Below, piece after piece: positions 1 through 64,000 of a stretch of DNA of 64,000 nt. The notes below the pieces were generated by a model, which was given only the letters and a program-made list of their open reading frames with translations, made no database searches and had not been told where the DNA came from. This DNA is from Paraspadella gotoi (Eukaryota; Animalia; Chaetognatha), in the NCBI GenBank assembly GCA_051294375.1, contig CM119269.1, forward strand, positions 11,018,883 through 11,082,882, in the 5' to 3' direction. Numbering within the stretch: position 1 is the first letter of the stretch; each line of letters opens with the position of its first letter. A program made the position numbers and the translations under genes.

Positions 1-2
1 GC

Positions 3-1897
3 GTCGATTCCGGTCGCCGCGGCGATGCAGCGGACGCAGAAGAATCATCGGCAGCGGCGCGGCGTCGAAGCGAAGCCGCCGCCGCCCGATCCACGATCAA
101 GCTCTCTTTCCCCGAAATCGAGACGAAGATTCCGTTTCCGCCGCCGAGGAGACCGCGCCGCATCACCGCTCATGAGTTCGCCGCTCACGCCGCCATCACC
201 GCCGCCGACGCCGCCGCTCGGCGCCGACGCCAAAGCGCTATCGTGCCGGAACGGCGCCGGTTCGATCCGGCGATGGAGCGGCTCAAAATGGACGAGGTCA
301 TGCGGCGCCGTTGGGTGGCCGCCGCTGCGGAACGTCGCTTCTCTCGAGTGCTGGTGGAGAGAACGACGACGCCACCAGCGCCGCCGGCGACGACCTTCGC
401 CGGTCCCAGGTTCGGCGCCAAGTTGGAGAGATACACGGTGCAGCCTCTGACGCCTACTCGGTCGCCCGCGCGGTCGCCTAGAGATTCCATCAAGGATAAG
501 AAGCGCCCGCGAGTGGAAGTCGATTTTAAAGACAAAGGTGAGTCAAAGACGGGGTTTAATTTTGATTTTTTTTATTGAAATCATTTTTTTTTTTTATTAA
601 AATTATGACGTCAATTCCTGAATTAAACTCCCCCTTTCAAAAGACGACTCCTGTTGGAATCGTGCTAAATCATGGCTGATTTCGCCGGCTCCGACAAAAG
701 AACAATCTAAATCCGCGGCCGATCTAAACCAAGCTAAGCAGGAGTTGGACGCGCTGGCCGACAGAGGTCGGGGCCAAGGTCAGGCCGAGGGCGGCGAGGA
801 AAAAGCCCTCACCCTCCCCGCCGCCTTCACCGCCCGATCTAAATCCGAATCTGCCATCGTCTGGCAAAGATTCGAGCAAAAAAAAGGTGAGGCGTGTGGG
901 ATTTAGGATTTAACGTTTGACGGCGATGAAAAATTATTCGCTGGGATTATGAGGGCAAAAAAGGCGAACACTATGGTTTTTGAAGCACCATGCTCACCCA
1001 CTTGACTCATTCATATGTCTCTCTCCCTCTCTCTTTCACAACAGAATCGGAGCAGACGCGTCCGGCTCGCGCCTCCATCGCTTACGTTCCCCGCTACATG
1101 CCCACCCCTCTCCCCTTAGATCCCGTCCTCCTCTCTGGCTTCGCGCCACGTCGCCCCACGCACTCCCCGTTCCCCTCGGTCCACCTCGCCGCCTCGCGCC
1201 CCCGATCCGCCCGCCAACACCCCACCGGGTGGCGTTTCTCCGCCGCCGACGCGCCGCTTTTCGATGGCGGCGTTTTCTACGGAGGATCGAGCGACCCCGG
1301 ACGCTGAGTCGCGCCTCCCGCGGCGAATGTCGATGGCAGCGTCGACGACGCCGCTGGACTCGACGTCGAGACACGAAGCCTTCGGCGTCCGTCGCATGTC
1401 GGCGGCGCCGGCGATGACAACGACGACGGAATACTCGCCGGAGGAAGGAGATTCCCGGCGTTCCTCTTGCTCCTCCTCCTCAGGATCGGGGCGCCGCAGA
1501 TCCTGGGCCTCTTACTATCGCATCCTGGACTGGAACCGGCGCGCACGAGGATCTAAGTCGCGAGTGGGCGCGACGGAAACGGCGCCTCGATCCTTTTACG
1601 CTAAGATGATGTCCGTCGACGTCGGGGGCGGGGTCAGGGAGGAGGAAGAGGGGGAAGAGGACGAGCCTTTGCGGAGGAGCAGCGTCGCCACCTGCGGGGT
1701 CAGAGAATTCAGCGTTGGGGAGGAAGTAGAAGAAGAAGAGGAGGAGGAAGAAGAAGAGGAAGAAGACGACGAAGAGGATGCCTTGGTCGATGATGATGAG
1801 GACGACGACGACGATATCTTGGTCGACGACGATGATGACGATGACGACGACATCGTTCTTCACATGGACGATTCCGACTCAGAAGATGACATTATTC

Positions 1898-1928
<31 letters not shown>

Positions 1929-1947
1929 TGAGGACGACGATAACTGA
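3..1947 (+). CDS. 3' part of an unknown multi-exon gene encoding a low-complexity, Ser/Arg/Pro-rich protein with a long Asp/Glu-rich C-terminus (5' end outside the window)
   Basis: Open frame from position 3 to the donor AAAG|GTGAGT (538). Exon 643-886 is in phase (ends AAAG|GTGAGG), followed by an acceptor at 1044 and an acidic ORF ending in TGA at 1947. GC-rich, codon-like composition contrasts with the AT-rich introns. The junction between 1045 and 1120 is ambiguous (see findings). No recognisable domain. Confidence 0.6.
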
Positions 1948-3180
1948 AAACCGTTAAAGTTGATTAAAAAAGGGAGAATCACCTGGAGCTATCCTTAATC
2001 ACCGCAACAGCAACAACGACCAAGGTTACTAAAGGTGGCGTTGTCGTTTTAGATTCCAGTGAATTTTTTTTCTAGTGAGTAACGCAAAACCCGCCAGTCA
2101 GCTAACTAATTTCTTCTCCTTAAACCGACTGTTATCGATTCCCATAGCAAATAAAGTCATTCTATTTTAAATTTTATTAATTATTACTATCCGAAATGTT
2201 ATTAACTCGTTCACTTTTTTAAAACCCGTTTTTGCTCCCCTTCGCCCTTCGTTTTCCTTTAAGCCGTTAAAATACCGACGATATTCATTAGTCTTACGGA
2301 TAAACCATACACCTTACCCCCTCACTCATTGTCGACCTTATCTTTGTTATTTCTGAGACCCCGTCGTTTTTTAATCCATTTTCCTTCCCTAAAAAGATTT
2401 TTTTTTCTCTCTCGTTTTTTGATTTAGATTTTTTTAAAATTTATTTATTTAAGTGTTGGAAGGGAAAAGTCGCGAAATATTTTGTGACAAAAACATTATT
2501 TTAAATCCTTTTTACGATTTTTACGACTATTACTTTGTTAAAAAAAATTAATTCAAAGTATTTGTAAGCGACTATCTTTCCTATTTTTTATTCCGATTCA
2601 GTCTCGACAATATAAATAATTTGCTTGAGACCAAAATTACTGTTTCTCCTTTTGATTTTTGATTTTTTTTTTAATTATCATTATTTCACCTTCATGTTTC
2701 CTACTATCTTTGGAAAAAAAAAATCACAATTTTATCAAAACACGTGGCTTAACTTTTAAATCAGATAATCGACAAGTCGGCGATGGAAAATACGGGCTTT
2801 TTCGCGATGGGTGGAATTGCTTGACAAATGAAATGGATCTTCCGGGTGGAGGAGATGTAATAGTTACGTAACTTAAGTCAGGACGCGTCATGCTTGCGAC
2901 GTTTTCCACTTCTTTCTTTTTTTCTTTTTTTTTAATTCAACAACTGAACGAGGTCAATGTCATCGATTCCTCGCTGATTGCTGGTCATTGACAGTGAATG
3001 ACGTCACCCACGGTCGGGCAATAATTAACGGGCGTCGCCGGAATGATTTTGCTTATTCTCAACGCACAATGAGGAATGAGAAATGAGGAAATAAACATGA
3101 TTTACACTACGAATTGAAAACAAAATGTTCGTTGGCAAGATTAAAAAAGGAGTGGCCGCTCATGCCGAGCGCGACGAAGG

Positions 3181-32420
<29,240 letters not shown>

Positions 32421-32686
32421 TCTTTGAGTTTCTAACGTTCGATCATAGAAAAATTTTTTTCTAACAGTAATATCGATTTTAATTATTGAAGTATTATCTT
32501 ATTTATCATATACATAATATTCTTGAAAAATAATTTTAAAAAGGTTGAAATAATTTAATTATAATAAGTAGCATTTCAGTAAAAGTCATCCCATAAAGGT
32601 TTAAAGTTTAAGTTTCATCTTAAAGATCAAAAGAATAAAATACAAATAAAATACAAATCGCCTGCCATTTTAGAACGCTCAACTTT

Positions 32687-32700
32687 GTTGCCAAGGTTAC
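32687..32700. promoter_or_regulatory. RFX X-box-like motif upstream of the minus-strand host gene
   Basis: The minus strand reads GTAACC TT GGCAAC, matching the GTNNCC-N2-RGYAAC X-box consensus. It lies about 20 nt upstream of the candidate ATG at 32668. Confidence 0.5.
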
Positions 32701-32883
32701 GGCTTGTCTGCTTTGAAATTCATAGCCATCCGTCTGTCTGAGCTGGAACTCACGACCTCGCCAGCAAAATTATTTTAACTGAAGGTTTAGAAAGACCTTA
32801 ACCTATCGCTGCGGAGAAACTGACCTTTTTTTTAACAAGTGTACAAATTAAATGAAGTCACCAATTTTTTTCGTCAACTGTCT

Positions 32884-32897
32884 GTCGTTATAGCAAC
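32884..32897. promoter_or_regulatory. Second X-box-like motif in the divergent promoter region
   Basis: GTCGTT AT AGCAAC. Confidence 0.4.
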
Positions 32898-34043
32898 CGA
32901 GAGTCCAACGAAATCGGCTCTTTGGCGGAGGATAATCCTAAGATGACCCATAAGAGACGGGAAGAGGGAGAAAAAGGAAGAGGATCAGCTGATCAGCTGA
33001 GAGGCTCTGAGCCGAGGCTGACTGCGAAGTCGGCAGCTGGCTCTGCTTTTTTCTCTCTGTCTCATCCGTTGTCCTAAAAAAAAAAGGAGAGAAAAAAGAG
33101 AGACGGAGTCAGAGAAGAGACTAAGTCCTTTTCTTCGACCCTCAGCCGGATATCACGCTTATTTTTGGCAAATTGCTCGATTCGCGGTCGTTCGATCCGC
33201 CGTACAAGCTTTTCGAGAATGTCCTCAGCAGGACGCATGCTTTTTTTTCCCCATTTAGTCGATTTATTGACCGAAATAACGGTTTTTACCTCTGTTGTAT
33301 CTTTCCTTTTTCAAAAGCCTGATTAATCGTCTCTTTTTTCCGCAGATAATAATTATCGATCTTTTGCCAAGGTCAAACTCCACTTTAAAGTTTATCGTGT
33401 ATTTTAATATATTGTCTTGACGATATTTGCTAAAATAGAACAATGAAACAAACTCATGAACTCATAATTTAAACTTTTGTGTAAAGATCGGAACAATTTG
33501 AAATAGATTATATGAATTCTAACGTAGCAATGAGAGTTTCGACGTCCAACATAACGTAAAATAAAAAAAAAATATTCTTTCCCTCGGTGAAACCGCTGAA
33601 CTGAAGTCGACTCTAAGGGAGAAGTCATTTTTCAAAAGACCCATATCCAAATTCGCGACGTAATGACATAAAAAAACCCGGAACAAACTAATGCGCGCTT
33701 ATTTTTGTAAAGTCTACGATGACGTAAAATCAGAAACTTTTAAAATAAACAAACGTTCGAGTCATCAATCTCAGTGAATCCTTTATTATCCTTTATTCTT
33801 CGTTGCCTCTAACCTCGAAACTACCTCCTTTCTCTCTCCCGCAATTCTTTCTTCTCGCATTTTCATACATACTATCTTCTTTTCGTCTCTCTATCCCTCA
33901 TTCTCGAGAGGCCGGATTTATGATAAATTCTAATTCTTCCTCACGAACCGGAAAATCGCACAAATATCGCGGTTTTTGGCATCGATTCGAAGCTTGACGT
34001 AATCGACAACAATCATCCCAGACAGTCGCCATTCGGCGTTGCC

Positions 34044-37000
34044 ATGGCTACGGGATGCGGCGTCGGAACGTCGCGGGCCGAGTTTCATGTCGGGGGAAAA
34101 TATCGCCTCGTTCGAAAGATCGGTAGCGGATCTTTCGGAGACATATATTTGGGTGAGTAAGATTGTTGTCAGTCGGGGGTCCAAACTTCATTTCCTATCT
34201 TTAAGTTTAAAATATTCGGAAGTATACATTGTCATATTTTTATTAATCAATCAATCTGTGAACCAATCTGTAAACCAACAATGATGAAGTTGTTTTTCGT
34301 CCCCAGGGATCAACATAACCAACGGAGAAGAAGTCGCCGTCAAACTGGAATCCCATAGAGCGAGACATCCTCAACTCCTCTATGAGTCTAAACTCTACAA
34401 GATTCTTCAAGGGGGTGTCGGGATTCCTCATATCAGGTATGTGATGGGTAGGTAAATCACATTATTTTTTTTTAAATTAAAATAATTTTAGTAAGGTTTT
34501 GAGATTCCTGTAACTCTAAATATTTATGAATCTTCCCACTCCAGATTTCGGCTTGGCTTTTGTCTCCTTTCTTTCTATATGAAATAGGTACAACCAATAT
34601 AAAAATTATCCATTCATAAGCTATCTTGCCCCAGACTTTGGACAGGCTTTGGTGGTTTAATCTTTCTGTGGTATCTTCGGTAATGAAAATGAAATTTTTG
34701 GTTTGAAGTTCTTCAATAACTCAAGTTTTTTTCCCCAATGCTTAGATAATTCATTCTTGCTTTTACTTCTATTGCCGGTTTTCGATCTTTCTTTTTTTTC
34801 AATTTTCATGATTCTTACGTCAAATCGGGGCGAAAATCCGGTTTGATCGTGATTTTGCTGACGTTGATGGCGTAAAACGTTGACGCGTAAATACTAGGCG
34901 AGTTGCATATGACGAAATTCATTTTTAATTTGTGTATAGTTATATGACGTTTATGATTGGAAGAAAAGTTTTAACTTTTCGGGTTTCTAATTCGATTGTC
35001 AAATCATTCAATTCCTAATTATTAGTCATAAGTGAGTAAAGACAAGAAGTGAGCGAATTTAAATTGAGACAGCTCGGGACACACCCACATTAACACAACA
35101 GTTATATTGTGTCATATTTTCATTGCTCTTATTATACTAATACCATATTTGATCTCGTGTTCCTGTTGTGTTGGGTATGCAAGACAAAGAGCTTGAAGAA
35201 TTATCCTATAATTTTTTTTTACCAATGATTAGATGGTTCGGACCCGAAAAGGACTACAATGTACTGGTCATGGATCTTCTTGGCCCTTCTCTGGAGGACC
35301 TTTTCAACTTCTGCTCTCGAAGGTTCACGATGAAGACCGTCTTAATGCTGGCGGATCAGGTGAGTCGAAGATTGCTAGATTAATAGAAAATTGACGCGAG
35401 AAGGAGAAAGTTACAACTTCGTTATTGTTGCTGCCTTCCGCATAGTACCGCGGACCCAAGCTTGCCCTATTCCTCCGTTCTCGGCCACATCGTTGATTAT
35501 ATAAATAATCTCGATCCTAAAGGGATACATTGAAAACAATTTTCTCCTAGATGATTGGTCGCATCGAATACGTCCACAACAAAAATTTCATTCATCGCGA
35601 TATAAAACCGGACAATTTCCTGATGGGCATAGGACGCCATTGCAACAAAGTAAGACATTTTTTTTTTTCATTTAGTTAGCGTTAGTTAGCGATGGTATAT
35701 ATTTATAGGTATTTGGTTTTAAATATCATTTTTATTTATTTCCATATTTTTCCCTTTGTTCCCTTCTTCTTTTTTAATGGTCCTTATTTTTTTTCCTTTA
35801 TCTGTTTCTGTCCCATTCAAGGTGTTCATTATAGACTTCGGCCTTGCTAAAAAGTACCGCGACCACCGAACGGGTCAGCACATCCCTTACAGGGAAGACA
35901 AAAACCTAACGGGAACGGCGAGGTACGGTGTTAACCAAATAGAATAATCAGTGTCGGTTTCACTCTTCTCATTGCGTGATACTGACCTGCACCTCCGTAC
36001 TCACTGCAAAAATAAGGTACGCTTCGATCAACGCTCACCTGGGGATCGAGCAAAGCCGAAGGGACGACATGGAGTCGCTGGGTTACGTCCTTATGTACTT
36101 CAACCGAACCTCTCTCCCGTGGCAGGGGCTCAAGGTAAATATTATTTTAAATACGGGCATCAATTATGAGTTAGGCCGTAACTGATAAATTAGCCATATA
36201 CTAAATAACCTTTTTACCTACAGTTTTCCTATATCTAACAAAGTTATTCCATTGTCATCAAGGCCGCCACCAAGAAGCAAAAATACGAGAAGATCAGCGA
36301 GAAAAAAATGTCCACACCGGTTGAGGTCCTCTGCAAGGTAAGGATACGAGAGCGGAATGTGGGATACAAGTTCTCTATTTCTCTTTCTTTTTATTTTTCT
36401 TTTTCTCCTCTTTCCCCTACCTCAACCTGTCTCTAACTATCTCCACTCTCCTTTTGACCATATCTCGATTGCAGGGCTTCCCTGCCGAGTTCGCCATGTA
36501 CCTCAACTACTGTCGTGGTCTTCGTTTTGAAGAGGCTCCGGACTACATGTACCTTCGCCAACTTTTCCGCATTCTCTTCAGGACACTCAATCACCAAGTA
36601 ATCCAGAATATTCCAGTCGGAAAAAATAGTTTAAATATCTCAACATTTTCAATACTAATGCGGACTTTTAGATTTACAACTTTCTTACAACTAACAAAAA
36701 ACAGCTGTTAGAAATATTTATCAAAATTGATCTGTCTCAATTTGAAGATGTGAGTATAAGGTGACTCTCACCCAGCCCGCCTAAGAATTTTTTTATGATA
36801 ATTACTTATTGTGGGAATGTTTTAAAAACATCTTATCTTTAATTTTATGGATTAAATCTTTTAAACTTAATTCAAAACTTATCCAATTCGTTTTCTAACC
36901 TTACAGATTTTACATGAAATATAAGGCAAGCGTGACTGACGTCTATAATCTACGCATTGGGTTATTTATTGTATGTGCTTTAGGGAAAAACCCTTTGCTT

Positions 37001-37260
37001 GGGGATTCTTCTTATTATCAGTAGATTTTTATAAGTTTCTGTTTACATACGGTATATCACATGTGCTTTTTAACTAGTATAATAACATAGAAAGGCGCAA
37101 GAAGAAGAAATACTTCTTATTTCTTATTACTTTTCTTTCTATCTTTTAGTACGACTACACCTTCGACTGGACTATGCTGAAGCAAAAAGCGGCGGCCGCT
37201 CAGGCGAACAGCGCTTCGACGGCGGGCGGCGCTGGCGCCACCCCCGGAACGTACAGATGA
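34044..37260 (+). CDS. CSNK1A1: Casein kinase I alpha, 9 coding exons
   Basis: Translation includes [152 protein letters not shown], and [13 protein letters not shown] followed by a short tail. All introns are GT-AG. Confidence 0.96.
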
Positions 37261-38556
37261 ATGGATCACGCAAGGGCTTAAATTTCGGGCTTGAGCGAAC
37301 GGTCGGCCCGTTTCCATCCTCAGCCCGCTCTTCGTTTTTCCCCTATTTCTTCCCCGTCACTTCCTCTCAGCCCACCGAACCGGGCCGAATTCAACACAAA
37401 CGTGCCACGCCCCCTTTTCAACTCCTTCTATTCAAGTCAGTTATCACGCATGAGGATCAGGACTCGGAAAAATTCCTAGTTCTAAACAATCGAAAGAACG
37501 AACCATGCCTCCCCTACTATACCTTCCGAAACACCCTGGTTGGGTGTGTCAATATATTTCAGACGGTGTGAATAGTGAATACCGTACGATTTTCTTTCTT
37601 AATACTTGTCATTTCCTTTTGCCTCGTTTCGTTTCGTTTTAGAAATGTTTCTTTGACGAAAGATTCTATAAAAAAAATTGTGTAGCGTAATTATTCTCCG
37701 ACTTTTTACCCTGACGTGACATCGACGAAGAATACAACAGCGACCTCTGGCTTCACATTTTTTGTCCTTTTCTCCTACCGATTTTTATTTAATTTTTTTT
37801 TAGAAGAAACAGTAACGATAAAAATACATAAAAATTAAGTCGATATTCACCCTTATTTATTTTTTTGTTCTTAAAATCGCGAATTCTCGCTGGTTAGAAA
37901 TATTTGGAATTTGTTTTTCGATTATCTCCATTCAAAAAAAACTTTTCCGCCGAAAATGTTAAATACTTTTTCGATTGCTGATTTCTTTTCAGTTCATGTG
38001 AAAAAGTTTGTATTGTTATACACATAGTGCAGTATCATCAGTGAAATATTTATGGCAACTCCCAGCTTGAATGCAATTTGATTCTTTCCGTAGTGACCAG
38101 TGACCGAATTATTGTTTAGAATTACATATCTCCCGACTCTCCGGGGTCACAGTAAGATAAAAGCGAGAGAGCTGAATGACAAAATTAGAATTAAATACTA
38201 TAATAGTATTTAAAAACACCATAATTCAATAAAAAAAAGAATTAGAAATGATTTTAAAATGATTAAACCTTTAAAAAGAACGAAGCAAATAAAATTTATT
38301 CTTGTATGTTATATGAGCCTAAGTTTGAATGATAATCACTTAGTTCGTGAGATTAAATTACTCCATAGAAGATGCATTCCTTATATAGAAAAAAAGAAAA
38401 GATCTGGTCGCTGTTTGGTTTTTTGTTGTTTTCGAACAAAAACGCGATTGATTATTGTAAGGCCTTGAGATGATTATCGAAGGACCGGGCGTCGGGTTGG
38501 ATTAAGTTCAATTTGACGATTGATTCACGTAGCATAGCTAGTCGTGTCCCCACGCG

Positions 38557-38661
<105 letters not shown>

Positions 38662-39039
38662 TTTTTTTCCTTTCAAGATTTTCCCCTTCCTTAGTCTGTG
38701 ACCCTTTTTAAATATATAAGTATAGTTTTACGTCTATATTGATAACACATTTTTTGTCGATTTCTCTAACAATGAATTGAATTGGAAATTAAATGTTCGA
38801 ACATTTTACTTGGTTTTTTCAACAAATTCTGTGCGGATCCTTCTTTCGTAAAAGTTAAATTTGAATGATGTACTGTAGAAAAATTATGCTTTCTTTTTTC
38901 AGAAGTTCCGACGTTTTATAACACTTTTCACTCACTGTGTTCGTCAATCTGAAGCTAACTCAACTGCCTCAAGGGTGAATTGTGATGCCATAATCTGCCT
39001 TCCTCTCTCCTACTCTCTTTCCTTCACCTTATCATCAAA

Positions 39040-42000
39040 ATGGCCTCCGACGTGGACGACAAGAAAGAGACCCTAAAAAAGAAGAAAAAATCTTTCGTGG
39101 GAAAGTTGTACGTGAATCGGTACGAATCCATTCGAAAACTTGGCAGTGGAAACTACGGCACTGCTTTTCTCGTCTTGGACAAAAAGAGAAATGACGAAAA
39201 GGTGAGCACATTACTTCTTAATTTTTCTGTTCCTCTCTCCATCCTTCCTTCCTAACGCTCCTTCTTCTCCATCTCCAATCCTTGCCTTTCAAGGTTGTCC
39301 TCAAAGAGATCCACATAGGCGAACTCCAACCAGACGAGACAGTTGACGCTGTTCGAGAGGCCAAGTTGCTCCAACGTTTGGATCATCCGGGGATCGTCCG
39401 TTTCCGGGATTCCTTTGTCGACGAGGCCGGCGCCTTCTGCATCGTCACCGAATTCTGCGAGGGCGGAGATTTGGATCAGGTCGTCGCGGAATGCCGCAGG
39501 ACGGGGCGAGAGCTGGACGAAGAGGTAGGTCTGTCAATAACTTAGTAGTTTGTCTCTTACGTATGCGTTTCACATTTTATTTTTAGTTGATCGTCAGTTG
39601 GCTGATTCAGCTTCTTCTGGCCGCTCAGTATATGCACAACCGAAGAGTCTTGCACCGAGACTTGAAGAGCAGAAACATTTTTCTGAAAGGTGAACGCGTT
39701 ACGAAAGTTTTTTTCAGTAACTTTCGCGCTATGATTCCAATCATGAAACAAATGATACCGTTTTCTTTTTAGGAAACAAAATGATCAAAGTTGGAGATTT
39801 CGGGATCTCACGCATATTGGTTGGTACAAAAGACATGGCGTCTACGTTTACTGGTAACTTATTTCAACCAACGAGTCGAAATCAAAGTCATTGACCTCAT
39901 CTATCTCTAGGAACTCCTTTCTACATGTCGCCGGAAGTGTTAAAGCACGAAGGTTACGACGCCAAATGCGACGTCTGGTCGATCGGCTGCATCCTTTATG
40001 AACTCTGTGCCTTGCGGCACGCCTTCGAGGGGCAGAGCCTCATGACAGTTATGTACCGGATCGTGGAAGGCAACGTGCCTCCTCTACCCGATCGATTCTC
40101 AAGAGGTACATAACGGGTATACTTGTGGTTATTTTTTTCTATTTTTTTTTTCCAAACTTACTTTGTTGGTTATTTGATCTTTTTTTTCCTTCCTTCCTCT
40201 AACTACCAGTTTTTTCCTTCTCAGAACTGAATGAAGTGTTTGAGAATCTGCTCACGAAGGACCCGTCCACCCGCCCGACTGCCGCGGAGGCCCTCAAGTT
40301 ACCTTTCATCGTGAAACACATGGAAAGGATGAAAAAGGATATGATGGCCGTCAAAACGTTGACCACCACAACCAGTGAGTTAAGCATCAGGTTACTACAT
40401 TGTTATTACTGATTCAAATCGCTTGGAGACATCTTATACATTGTAAGAATCGTTGTAACACTGTTTAAATATTTTAGACTGTAGGTGTTTAAATCCGACC
40501 ATTCCATAATTTCAGACGGCGAAGTGACGCTGAAGAGAGAAACTACTGAGATTGCCAGGGACGTTGCGCAAAAGTCAACACTTACTGATTTACGCCAAAT
40601 GACGCATTCCCCGACGCTACAAAAAACGCAGTCGTCCACGTTTAAAAATTCCCAGTCCACGACGCTTAAAGATATGCAGTCAACAGCAACCCAGAAGACG
40701 CTTACTCCGACGCAGTTGATGCGACTTCGAAAAATACAAAAGGCGGACGCAGCGGGAAACGCGTTGCGTCACGCAGCGCAGCGGAATTTGGAGGATCGAC
40801 AGCAGCGGATGATGACAATGAAGCATCGCTGCGCAGCCAAAGACGATCCGCCGTGGGCGGTGGCCGAGGACGATAAGGTTGATGAGGGTCAATGATACGC
40901 TTTGGATATTCTTTATCCATCAATTTTTTTAATATTTATCATTAAAAAATTAAACCAGGTATCGGGAGGACTCTTGGATAGCTCGAGCCACAACGTCCCT
41001 TTACCGCGCTGGGCTCGTGAATCTTCACCTCCTCCACCTTCTCCACCAGTTCCTCCCCCTCCTCTACCCCCTCCACCTCGAGACAACCGCACCAATGGTG
41101 GGATCGTGTCCCCCTTCAAGACCCCCACCCTGCGCGGCGCTGATGAATTTCGTCGACATTCTTTCGATGTCGTCCTCCGCGACGACGAAGGCGACCGCGC
41201 GGACGAGCGACTCGAAGTCGATCTCGGTCGGAGAGGCTTCGAAGATCCAGGGAACACGGGATTCCGAATGATGACGACGCTCGCAACTCAGAACGACCAC
41301 GCACGGGAGGACGACTTGACTCTCTACCGTCGTTGTTTGGACGAGGCGCTCGACTCGACGAAGACTGCGGCCGATCAGGCGACTCTCGAAGAAGACTCTC
41401 GTGTCATCACGCCACTTCGTGACAGAATGGTTTACAATGCCGTCGATAACTCTCTCGACTTCCAGGGAGGCGTGCCTGAGGATCCGCGGATCGCCGAAAC
41501 ATTCTATGCGCAGTTCGACGATTTTGACGGAGAAGAGGAAGAGGAGGAAGAAGAGGAGGAGGATTACATAGAAGATCGAGGAGGTAGATTTATTTATTGG
41601 TTTTTTCATTGATTAATTATTTAATGATTGATTTAAATGGTAATTTAAATTTTCGAGTTTTTTTGAGTGTTTGTTGTTGTTTCCTCATAGATCCAGTCGA
41701 CGAGGTTCCCGAGGAGTTTGACGAAGAACCCCTGGAGGATCAACTTGACGATCTCATCGGCTTCATGGAAGAAGCTTTGGACCTCGAGGATTCCGTGGAT
41801 CAACGCCAAGGGGCGAAGGATTCCAACGCCAACAGCGATTTGTACGACTAAATGTGGCTTGATGATTCAGCGACTGCATTCCTTCAAATCTTTGTAAACT
41901 TTTTCATATCCTCTTTTCTTTAGCAGCCTCTTACCCTCTTCCGATGAACTTCTCCGTCCCCCCGCTCAAATCGACGAACCACTTCGCCCGCCCGACGCCT

Positions 42001-42251
42001 TCGGTCCCGTCATGAGAGAAACGAAGATACGCAACTTGACTCGGCGCTGCAAAGCGGCGCTCGGCGACGACGAGGCCCGATTCGCTCGGGTCTACGACTT
42101 TCTTAAAGCGGCGCGTTCCGGGGGCTCCTCGGTTTACGTCGGCGACGCTGCCATCTTCGACGGTCTCAAAGAGTTGGGGGCCAATCCGGCCGACTGTTTC
42201 CTCGTCGATCAACTTCTGTTTCTGGAGGAGATGGCGACGGGATCTGGATAG
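39040..42251 (+). CDS. NEK11: NIMA-related kinase, NEK11-like
   Basis: Kinase domain: [85 protein letters not shown]11-type tail motifs: [28 protein letters not shown], and a C-terminal VYDFLKAAR...[13 protein letters not shown]. Confidence 0.88.
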
Positions 42252-42817
42252 TTTTGGGGGAGTGTTTTTTTTTTTTTTTTTTTTTTGTTTTTTTTCTGAA
42301 ATAAACAGAAACAATTGACGATAAAAACGAGGGGGAGTGAAGGTGAGCTGAATTTAAAGGGAACCGTTTAAAATCCTTATCGCCTTTTATTGTAATTATG
42401 ACAAAAAATGATTTGCCAAAGACAAATGTTAGTAGTCTTTCTGCCTTCCGCTCTCATACATTCCAGCCAAATGTATTAGTTTATTGTTCATTTTTTCAGT
42501 CACACTTGCCACAAAAAGCTGCCTTTGCACCTTCAATTTATAGTTTTCTTTTGCCCATTAAGTTGCCTGGCGGAATTTTTTTATACGTGCTGCCATTGTC
42601 ATACCAGTTTAAATCCGTCCATTTTACCTTGAAATACATAATTTTACATGATCTATATTAGTAGGGAATGATTCTTCTCAAATTGTTTAGTTAAGCAATA
42701 AACACTATAAGAACGAGCTATACAATTAAAGTTTACCCAATGCTTATTACATTAAAGTTACAAAATTTTGACATGTAAAACGAATTCAACACTCGAGATT
42801 TTATATAATAAAATAAG

Positions 42818-64000
<21,183 letters not shown>

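Noticed and set aside
34038-34051. X-box-like GTTGCCATGGCTAC overlapping the CK1 start codon
   Set aside because: It is adequately explained by the Kozak context GCCATGG; no independent support.

Overview
Eukaryotic (animal-like) genomic DNA: gene-dense and intron-rich, with AT-rich introns, many (GA)n microsatellites and one short assembly gap. By manual splicing I reconstruct six genes. (1) The 3' end of an unknown + strand gene with an acidic tail (1-1947). (2) A long uncharacterised minus-strand gene (32420 to about 3181). (3) Inside the roughly 20 kb intron of gene 2, on the opposite strand, a complete 25-exon gene of about 991 aa made of three tandem NDRG-family (non-catalytic alpha/beta-hydrolase) domains. 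(4) Casein kinase I alpha. (5) A NEK11-like kinase. (6) A DNAH5/8-type axonemal dynein heavy chain that runs off the window end. The NDRG gene's largest intron holds a degenerate Penelope-like retroelement with a minimal hammerhead ribozyme, plus a hAT-type MITE nested in a DINE-1/HINE-like repeat. The dynein gene has up to five GC-AG introns, a roughly 170-aa charged insertion, and intronic gag and LINE remnants. Most notable are the triple-NDRG architecture and its nested arrangement. All gene models and family calls come from reading the sequence and recalled motifs; no database searches were run.
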